Part shown: one piece after another, positions 53,263 through 62,705 of the stretch
Layout of the letters: each line of letters begins with the position of its first letter
Numbering within the stretch: the stretch's first letter is position 1
Origin: Octopus bimaculoides
Taxonomy: Eukaryota
Direction: 5' to 3'
DNA: 62,705 nt
Assembly (NCBI RefSeq): GCF_001194135.2
Contig: NC_068990.1
Span: forward strand, 9,804,140-9,866,844
The notes under the pieces: model-generated
Told to the model about the DNA's origin: nothing
Seen by the model: the letters and a program-made list of their open reading frames with translations, nothing else
Databases searched by the model: none
Program-made: the position numbers and the translations under genes

Positions 53263-53850
53263 CGAGGTGGTGTCAAAACTTTCCCTAACTAGTTCTGTAG
53301 CGCACCAATACATAGCAGCATATGGACACGTGCACAGTGAAAAATAACACTGTCCTTCATGAGGCCGTGTGCCGAGTGACACTGCTGAGCAAGTTGTCAA
53401 ATTTGTGTTCTTGTGATCACGTGTATACTCTAGTCTGCGATTTACTTTGTCATGGACAGGAATTTGAAGCAAAGAACCAACGTGAAAATTTGCGTTAAAC
53501 TCGGGAAAGGAAACATTGGGCATGCTTCGGCAGGCTTACGACGACGGGGCAATGGGTTGTTTGCAATGTTTCGAGTGGCAAGAAAAGCGAAAGAACGTCT
53601 CTGGGGGACCATTAGTGATCTGGGAGAACTATCACGTGCCTCACTTACGGAAATGTGGAGAAAATTCAGCAGTTTGTGTATAAGGATCGTCGGAAGACAA
53701 TCGAAGACATTGATGACATTGTTGGTCTGTCATATGGATCTGTGCAAGCAATCCAAACGCCTGAATTGAACATGCGGTTTGTCATCGTGCTGCTGATGAT
53801 CCATCCTCCATGTCAAAAATCATCACCATAGACGAGAGTAGGGACTACAG
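53263..53850 (+). mobile_element. Mariner 5' half (TIR, HTH region, up to the first catalytic Asp)
   Basis: TIR-like CGAGGTGGTGTCAAAA; MDRNLKQRTNVKICVKLGK; frameshifted MLRQAY...CFEW and VEKIQQFVYKDRRKTIEDI; ends at MSKIITIDES (cf. ITGDESW). Confidence 0.85.
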
Positions 53851-53855
53851 ATGAT

Positions 53856-54950
53856 AACTGTAGCGCTCCTGTCACTTTGTGAGAAGATGTCCAAAGCGAA
53901 ATTGTTTCCAGCACTAGTCACAGCCGTCAACATTTTCACAACGTATCTGCAAAATGTCCGCGTCTGAGGCTGTTCATCAGGCTGGGGGAACAGACTAACG
54001 TCAAAAGAAGCCAGGCTGTGACTGTTAGGAGGGGTAAACACAGATTTAATGACCAACTCTGTCAAGTAGTTACTAACCGGGATGTAATTGTCGAATGGCT
54101 CATTGTTATTTTGCAATTGCCATCGAAAACAAAAAAAAGAACAGTGACTTTTTGCAAAATATCTTTCTGAACTTGCCCAAAACCTCCAAAATGTTTTCTC
54201 TGATGACCGTTACGCCAGATGTCGCTCAGATGTAGAGAATGCCCTTACCGTTGACCAAGCAGATGTTCATGTGCTTCCCGAACGATCTGCTTTGCCGGGC
54301 CTTGTTGGATCTGGAGTTGGGGGCAGGATAGTTCCACTTGGAACGTTGTTTGTTGGAACGTGAATCATAATATTAGATCCATATATTGTCATAAGTTGCC
54401 CGTGACCCAAGTACTCTGGGATTGGAGCAAATGAGCTCAACTATCTCCTTACTATCACTAACGCGTATTTTCTTCTGTTCTTTTCTGAGTACCTTGGGAA
54501 GAATGTTTGCACAAAGTTTGCGAATAATCAGATCTTCATGAAGAATTCTGTTACAATCGCCACTTCAGCTCTAAACTGTGTTACTATAGTCTTTATAGAC
54601 ACAGGAGTGTCTTCATTCAGATTATTGCAAATTTTCTCAGCCAGCTCTGAGATTGTGACGTTCCTCTTCCTCCCACAAATTTCATCATTTCTTACATCCT
54701 TTCCACCGTCCTTGAACCCGTTGTGCTGGCGGGAAACAGATGCTTGGTTCATAAAACTTATTCTGTAAACAATCTATAGCATTTTTTAGCATTTCACAAG
54801 ATTCTATAGCAATTTTAGCCAGTTTAACACAAAGCTTTGTTGTACAGTTAATTTGCTCATTTTCTTCACGCAACGAGTGCAGTTTGTAAAATAATCACTT
54901 GCGTAGCGATGTAGAATTGTTTTTAATAGCATATGTTGCCACATATTCCA
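53856..54950 (-). mobile_element. Decayed near-full-length mariner, same family as 18060-19060
   Basis: ORFs 54685-54873 (KLCVKLAK...E..EML) and 54528-54752 (FKDGGKDVRNDEICGRKRNV...), then 53823-54116 (QNNNEPFDNYIPVSNYLTELVIKSVFTPPNSHSLASFDVSLFP; cf. QDNAP...PPYSPDLAPCDFWLFP). Confidence 0.85.
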
Positions 54951-55739
54951 GCAATTCCATCATCTGTTACTAAATCGAGATGACAATGGAAAATGCAATT
55001 CGTCAATTCCCATGGAATTAAAAAGTTGCATTTCAGGTAAGAGAGTATACTACTAGAACAGTTGCAAATTCAAATCTTAAGTATTTACTCCAATATCTTC
55101 AGCAATGTAAAAAATTCACTGGACAAAATTTGTCATTGATATAATATATATTTGAAATATTGGGAAATGGTGAGGAATACCAACTTCAGGAAAAAAGGGG
55201 AACTTTACAATAAAAGAGCTATTTGTTTATTAAAAGGACTTGCAAAATAGAATAGTTGGGTATCGGACATGACTGAAACTTGAAAAAAGACACATTCTAA
55301 TGGTTAGTAATATCAGCGTAATTGATTGCATGTTTGTACAAATGTGTTTCATATGAATGCATATAATCTATTACAAGAATAATGATGAAATACCATTACT
55401 GCGTGTTATGAGACATATTATAAGGCAACTATTTCAAGCATACCGGCTACACTGGAAATCAAAACATATCAGGTAAATGCTTTATCTGAGATAACCAGAG
55501 TAAATGCTTTATCCGATTAAAGGAAACAAAGTACATAGTAAGTAAAATTAAACTGCTGGTGAAATAAATTTTAATCTTTCAGTACTTAGAATTGGTTAGC
55601 AGATGATGGATTAAGAATAGTATGAACATCCTTCCACCTTCTTTATGTGAATGTAAATGTGTAAGGTGTTTTCATTTCAAGGTTACCTGGTATAACAAAT
55701 GTATAAACACTGATAATTGTGCGCGTATACATTTTATTG

Positions 55740-55930
55740 TAGATCTGAAAATGTATCAGCAACCCTGTTAAATTTGGGAGAAAATAACCAAATTCTATCG
55801 CAACTAGACAGGAGAGCACTACGATGTGATTTCAAAATATTATACTATGTTTCCGTACAGCAGAAGGATTTACAGTTAACAAAAGAATACATTGAGCCAA
55901 CGACATCTGATACATCTTGAGCTTCAAAGT
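55740..55930 (+). mobile_element. Possible hAT transposase C-terminal dimerisation-domain remnant
   Basis: LSQLDRRAL plus the nearby, indel-disrupted S-V-(A)-G-F-T-V-N-K-R...TLS follow the hAT pattern 'YPxLSxLARxxL...FSxAGxxVxKRRxxLS'. The match requires frameshifts. Confidence 0.4.
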
Positions 55931-57289
55931 GCAAAAAGCTCCAAGTAAAAAATAAAAAAATCAACAGAAGAATCATATTGATGATTTGTTAAAGTCATAA
56001 TACACACTCGGATTGGGATAATTCTATGTATATTTGAAGTAGCCGAGCAGTGGTTAGTTCTGCGTCTCATAACATTCATTCAACAAAGTTTGACGGTGAA
56101 ACTATCGTGAGTAGGCAATGTATACGCAAAATAAGTAAATCTAAGTGCGTTTTTATATGAAGGAGGAAACTTGTGAATATATAAATGTTGCATGCCAGAA
56201 AGATCGTGAGAGGAAACTCTAGTAGTGAACCAGAAGCTGCATATATAATGTGCAATTCTGAGATATATGAAATATGTTTATGCAGATAACACATCGTATT
56301 GAAAATGCTTGGAATGATTTATAGAAATACAAATGAATCTGAGAAAGAAATGATATACAACCAAAGCAGAAATATGATAGAACTCCACACAATATGTGAG
56401 AAAGGGAAATAAAAAAAGCACATATGTTTAATATCTGAGTTGGATATAGAATAGGTGTAAATCTTCCTAAAGGGGTATATAATAAATTAACAGATATAGA
56501 ATTTATTGCAGACTTGTTTAGGCTTTACGAGATTGTGGCCGAATAGCCCTTTGACAGAGCAAAAATATATCAGAATAGAGTGTCTTATCAAAATATTTGG
56601 GAAGAAAGTGAGGCGCCTTTCACCTATTTAACACAACAAACTGATTTAATGTGTAGGAATCCTTACTTGAATAAAGCTAAACAACAATTCTGAGTGTTCA
56701 GAAAGTAAGAAATGTGTATTACAATCTTAGAAAACGCATGATTTCTCCGCTTGCAGATCATATAAAATGCAGTTCAGAAGGCAGAATATAAGAAGTTTAC
56801 TGATATGAACTACGCACCAGTACAAACTACGTAACTACTAGATGTTAAATGAATTACCAAAATATGCATGTAAATAAAGCATTTTATGATGCTTGAAGAG
56901 TAAAATGTAATAAGTTAGTGGATGAAGTTACTCAGATGTAACATTTGCTATGAATATAATGCTAGTAAAGATTTGGTATATTGGAAATAAAAGTTCTTGC
57001 GTTATTTAATAGAAATAAAAAAAAACCTCATGTTAATTATAATTCATCTAAAATAGGCGACCTTAATAATTTCGTAAATTTTAGTTACCTGTGATAGCGA
57101 AATACAGGGGAAAAGGGTGGTTATTGATCGGAAAGCTCGTAGCTCTTGTGTAAATAGCTTTCTCGAGATGCTTTCCAGACGATTTGAGACCTTTTCAGAT
57201 GAGCAGTTATACCTATCGTAGGGTATTGCAATGTTAGTACAGCATTACTAAACATCCAATAAGCTTACCTGCCATCTTTTTATTCTAAA

Positions 57290-57800
57290 CTGAATAAGAC
57301 GGCTGCAACAGCACATTTAACACACCGTACTAAACACTGCTTGTCACAGTTAACTATTTTACGGAATGCGGCTGACAAATAGAGTCTATTAGAATCTCAC
57401 TATGCGATACAATTTTATGTTAAATTTGGCAAAAACGTTGCAGAAACGAATGAAATGTTCCAGACACCTAATGGATTACCCACTATGAGCCGAGCATATG
57501 ATTTTCTCTAAGAAAGTAACTTCGCCGTCAAGGACATGATAATCTTATTTTTCGCAACATCATCAGCATCTTCTGGGTTCCCTCTATGGAAACGGTAAAC
57601 AAAGTGTACTTTTTGGAGGTTTTGGGGGAATTGAGGAACAGATATCATCGCAAGAGATATCAGAGTAATGCACAAGTTCCGATTCCATACCGATTACCGC
57701 CTAATTAATAGAGATGGATAACAATACTGTCCTTCATCCACCCCAAAGTCCAGACCTTCCTGTAACTTTTCGTAGGAACCCAAGCTGAAACAGGTGAAGT
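57290..57800 (+). mobile_element. Internally deleted mariner derivative (same family as 18060-19060 and 53856-54950)
   Basis: YAIQFYVKFGKNVAETNEMFQT joins directly to ...IISIFWVPSMETVNKVYFLEVLGELRNRYHRKR and then VLHPPQSPDLP. Ends approximate. Confidence 0.8.
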
Positions 57801-59928
57801 GGGTGCTGACAAGTATCCTCAGCACCTTCAAATTTTAGGAATACCATAGAATGTCACATATTAACAGAATCGTTACAATTTCACAGAAGTAAAATGATCC
57901 AGATCTGATATCTATGCACTCATAAAACCGCATTACTTCAAGTAATCAATCACTGCTCAGTTTATTTGTCTGATACTTCACTTTACATTTGTCACAAGTT
58001 TCCCTTGAGTAAAAAATATTTAGAATACTTTTATGACGTGGCTCTTAAAATGATAACTTTATATTTTCTATTCGTTTGCAACAATAGATTTTGCCACACT
58101 AATTAAGTTTCTAATACTAATCATTTTAACCAACTAAACATTCGTAAAATATAATACATAGAGTTTATGAATTGAGGCATTATTTCACAATTCCTCTTGT
58201 GACACGAGAGAAACGTTTTGAAACATCAATTATATAGTTACAGATTGCTGTGCATTGTCACAATATAGACTGTTTCAAAACCTTCTTAGAGATATAATAA
58301 TTTAAAGGTAATTGTTATATCCACTCACAAAATATCATATAAACCAAAATTAATATGTGTGTTTTTAAGGCTATTCAAATTCCCCATTATGGTAATACAG
58401 CTTCTGTGTTAGACTCACTTTGTCCTTGTGCTTTTTGTGAATGAATACTAGTGTACAGGGTAACAGTATATTTGATATACCAATTTAAAGCATGCTGTTT
58501 GCCATAATGATTCTCCAAAATCATCATTTGATAGTAATTGTTCTCACCCATTAGAGCGCGAACATAATTTCTACATGTATATTGTCTTAGAACACATATA
58601 GTGCATACGTTACAGGCAAATGCCGTCAGCGCTTTAACATTTCCTGTCATATTCTTAATTTCCGTGGCACTCTGCGTTCATTCACAAAAGGCTTTATCTT
58701 GCCAGCCATTATAGAAATATGTTACAGTGGTAATCATTTATATAACAATGCGAAAGATTTCGAACTTCGATATTATTTTAATAATTTAGCCTTAAATGAA
58801 AAGTTATTGATATGATTTAAATATGTAATAAATAAACCTGAATCACAACGTGCAATTGCTTTATATCTGAGCCGACTTAACTGTCCTATACCATAGTTAT
58901 TTTGGTAAATGACAAACAAGTTCCTTAAAAAGAATTTATGCATCCTAGCACAGAATAAAATATTCGCATCTAAATATTACAGAAACGTCATTAGTACAGA
59001 GGAATTGTTTCGAGATATCTCGCGTGTTTTAGAGTTTCTGCGTATTCGTGAATCTGAAATAAACATACCAAGTCTCTACAAATAATTTTACATGGTTTCA
59101 TTTTTCTTGTGAAGCACATCACACAACCGCCTGCGGTCAGGTAGAATTTAATTACAAGATATTATTTGGAAGCAAAATATTCTGCTAATAGTTTATTTCT
59201 TTTTTTTTATACTTGAAAAGCAGTGAAACTTATTATCAAAAACAGTGTTTTTAGATATTCAAATATCATTCCCATTATATGTTTCCATCAGACATCGAAC
59301 ATTAACCACTAATTCAATTTCCAAATACATATACATATTAAACTAACATATCTGAGATGAGAAATTGGAAAGAGAGCACAAGACTTTTCTTATGTACTTT
59401 CAGTTAATGTCTGTTTTTCAGATCATTTTCATGTTATGCAATTAAAAAGCAGATTACATTTAGAAGGTGGAAGGTAAACATGTATTTATAGAAGGAAGTA
59501 AAAACATTTTCAATTATTTCTCAAAAATGGTTCTAATTCGCTTTAATTCACCGTTACTGCAAATATTTTTCAATTCTTTCTTCAGAGCAAGCAAACACAT
59601 TTTTAATGTAAACATTAACATATACAATTTTCCTCTTCTGTAAGTTATTACCGTTTCAAGGTATTCAACATCTGTACTTTGGAATATATTTTGTAAAAGC
59701 ATGAATGTATACATGAATGTCTGCATGTCTGTGTATTCACACACACACACACACACACACATTGATGATGTGTTAACCTATATTTGTGAATATATCAGTG
59801 TATCTATAAAACTATCTATCTATTAATCTGTCTATCTATCATAAGCAGTTAGGATTTAGGTACATGAAGGTGCATATATNNNNNNNNNNATATAAGTAGG
59901 GAGATAAAATTAGTGAGAGAGAGAGTGA

Positions 59929-59971
<43 letters not shown>

Positions 59972-60422
59972 ACATATAGATATAATCATCATTGATGCCT
60001 CTGCATTTACAGACCGGGTGAAAATATATTTCAAACAAGAAATAGATTTCATGCCAACACAACGTGTTTATTTTACGTAAAGGATAACATTGAATAACAT
60101 GAAATGAACATATCCTTGAATTTACTATCATGTGTTTAGTGACTGGTAAGCCTTTACGGCGTTAGCAGTTTCGTTTTTAAGAGTTCGCCAGAGAAACCTA
60201 TCTCAAAAGCATGAAATTCGTGAAACCCTATAAATTAGAAAATGGGTTCGAATTCTTGAAACAAGAGATTTAGTTGGCATCAACAACTCCTTACTTTCTT
60301 TGCACGAAAAAGACAAAAGAGAAATTTAAAACCGGAACTCTTTTCACTCGGATCGCAAAGTCTTTAAGTATATACTGCAAGGAAATCAATCCCAGCATTT
60401 AACAATTCTGGCAAATTATTCA

Positions 60423-60637
60423 TTCTACTATAGGTACAAGGTTCGAAATTGTGGGCATAGTGGTTTAATTAATTACGTCAACACCAATTCTTAACTGGCA
60501 TTCACTACGTCATTGGCCCCGGAAGGATGACCGGTAAATCTGACCTCATTGGTGTTTGAACTGAGAATGTAAAGACCTGGAAGAAATGCGGTAAGCATTT
60601 TATCAGCCGCACAAATAATTCTGCCAGCTCGTCACAT
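60423..60637 (-). mobile_element. Family 1 SINE, decayed
   Basis: TTCTACTATAGGTACAAGG...GGAAGGATGA...TTTGAACTGAGAATGTAAAGAC...ATTCTGCCAGCTCGTCAC. Confidence 0.78.
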
Positions 60638-62179
60638 CCATCCTGCAAAATAATGATAGCAATATTTCATTTAGGAGATGGTTTTTAACGTACAACAAAA
60701 ACCTTAAACATCAGTAAAAGTCAAAACAATGTGATACATATCTTAGTATTGGTATGAATGGCGTACAATGAACACAATAAGAATTTGCTAAAAACACAAG
60801 TTATTTTATCATATTCATACGAATATATATAACCAAAATATACATAGATGAAAGCCTATTAACTACTAAAGTCAGAGTACTGTATTCTATGTACCTTTCT
60901 CTTTACTTCTCAATTTGAACCACTCAAAATACGTGTGTAAACACTTCTGTTGAGGTGCAACGCAACTGCTTGGGATGTCCTTTCGATACCTGGTAAATAT
61001 TTTCAAAATGGAATTTGGACATGGTTCTTCAGCAACCATGCACATGTTAGTGCTTTCAGTACTCTGTTCGCTCAAACGAGTACCTACAAGATTTTCGTTT
61101 ACCTCCCTATATATTTCATTATACTGTGAAATTCCTTATTAACGAGAGAATTACGAGTATTAAATATATTATTCCTTCCTATTAGTTCCGCCACATATGT
61201 CCCCGCATTCATATTGTCACACAAAGATGCAGTGTTACTACAAATTTTAACCGGATGTATATGGGATTCATTTTTTTGTCGAGGTGATGTTATCGACAGT
61301 CTGTGTCTCTGAAACTACTAGTTTGATGGAGGATATTGCCAATATAGTAGGATGCAGCAGTTCATAATATTTCATGTGTTGCTATTGCACCTTACAGTGC
61401 TTTCCTACTCACTCCAGAAATGAAATGCATTTAATGAAACAAGTACAATCTGATTTCAATCATCATAATCAAAGTTTCCCTGCAAGCCGATAGGGTATAA
61501 CTTTACAATATTTGTTAAATCTTGTTTATCCGTATATATCCGTATATAATCTACATAATGTGTGTTATTGGATTTTGCCAATGCTTCCAACCTGCCCATT
61601 GTTGCTACAAAAGCAAATAAATGAATTGTCAGCGTTGTCACACATAACTTTTGACGTAACCATTCATATGCTCTTATTGTCATACGCGTTTCTGGAATAG
61701 TGAGCAACATGCAAGTTTGGCTTTTTCATTCTAATTCCGTTGCGTTATAGGATTTTTTTTTATAGCATGTCGTTGTATGTTTGTGCGTACGTAAGTGTGT
61801 GCTCACGTGTGTGTGTGCGTGAGTTTCTGCGTGAGTGTGTGCACATGTTGTTCTCCCGACATTAAACTATGACAGTCACTACATGAATGCATACATTTTT
61901 ATGTTATTTCGTTTTCTTCTTGATTTTTCCTATTTTCAAAATCTATTTTGAGTTATTTTACGTGAGTTTGAGCAGAAAATAGCAGCTCTGTTTTGAACGG
62001 ATGTTATGAGTGTCGCTACATTTCTTTATAATGAAAAGTGTTGTTCTTCTAAAGGAAGCCATATTGGATATTACAGGAAAGAAATAAAATTCAGAAAAAA
62101 AAAACAATTGAAGCAGAGCTTCAGTCCACGAAACATATTTTGGAAGACGTGCCAACATTTTAATATAAACTTCTATGTT

Positions 62180-62279
62180 CCATAACAATAACAATGATAA
62201 CAACAGCAACACTAGCAACATCATCATCATCATCAACAGCAACAAGAACAACAACAGCAGCAACAAAAATAATGATGAC

Positions 62280-62337
<58 letters not shown>

Positions 62338-62355
62338 TAGGTATGATGATATTGA

Positions 62356-62427
<72 letters not shown>

Positions 62428-62434
62428 CACTACC

Positions 62435-62468
<34 letters not shown>
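62180..62468. repeat. Compound trinucleotide microsatellite (CAA/CAT/CAG, TAA, CTA, TAA blocks)
   Basis: Direct reading. Confidence 0.95.
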
Positions 62469-62705
62469 GATAGAGCTGCACAATATATTCACTGGGTAAT
62501 ATGCAAAAACATGGACTTGCCCCACGATAAAAACTGGTGGGAACACAAACGACCCCCAGTACTTGAAAATGATCACATTGCACTCCTCTGGAACTTCACC
62601 ATTCAAACTGACAGAAAGATAGACGCAAATAAGCCAGACATCATACTGAAAGACTTCAGACAAAAATCATGCCTCCTCATTGATATGACTATACCACTCG
62701 ATATA
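62469..62705 (+). mobile_element. 5'-truncated R4/Dong-like LINE, endonuclease region, running off the window
   Basis: 79 uninterrupted codons: DRAAQYIHWVICKNMDLPHDKNWWEHKRPPVLENDHIALLWNFTIQTDRKIDANKPDIILKDFRQKSCLLIDMTIPLDI (RHD..HW, W.F.IQTD, PDI and ID..IP motifs). Begins immediately after (TAA)n. Confidence 0.92.

Larger units (their letters stand above)
5067..59889. other. 13 assembly gaps: 5067-5076, 7663-7793, 9169-9178, 20205-20426, 22130-22220, 26904-27626, 29228-29447, 33981-34217, 41307-41625, 42470-42479, 43014-43026, 48654-48663, 59880-59889
   Basis: N-runs, mostly bordered by TA/CA/GA microsatellites. Confidence 0.95.

Noticed and set aside
5917-60637. Minus-strand excess of family 1 SINEs (7 minus vs 2-3 plus) as a hint of a host transcription direction
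   Set aside because: The sample is too small to distinguish from chance.
61958-62663. Poly-L/V/Y/M ORFs resembling signal or membrane peptides
   Set aside because: They are translations of trinucleotide microsatellites.

Overview
AT-rich, repeat-dense eukaryotic DNA from a gapped draft assembly (13 N-runs, most abutting TA/CA/GA microsatellites). The repeat landscape (tRNA-headed SINEs beginning AGGCGGCGAGCTGGCAG, decayed mariners, R4/Dong-like LINEs) looks like Octopus/cephalopod DNA; this is recognition from memory, not a search. I can support no intact host gene, rRNA, tRNA or CRISPR. Almost all ORFs in the track are microsatellite translations, N-read-throughs, chance ORFs or TE fragments, so the window is probably intergenic or inside a large intron. 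Supported content: five decayed mariner transposase copies; one FLYWCH+MULE (Mutator-like) pseudo-transposase with a motif-array terminus; three R4/Dong-type LINE fragments, each touching (TAA)n; about a dozen SINE copies from several families; a probable hAT remnant; and two sequence duplications flanking gaps that are probably assembly artefacts. The most unexplained structures are a ~740 bp three-armed foldback element (43982-44719), a palindromic MITE-like unit with a tandem partial copy (5143-5776), and a near-perfect 51-nt hairpin with a distant partner arm (11949-12276). A few weak exon candidates are listed as low-confidence leads. I did not find evidence for a novel multi-gene system.
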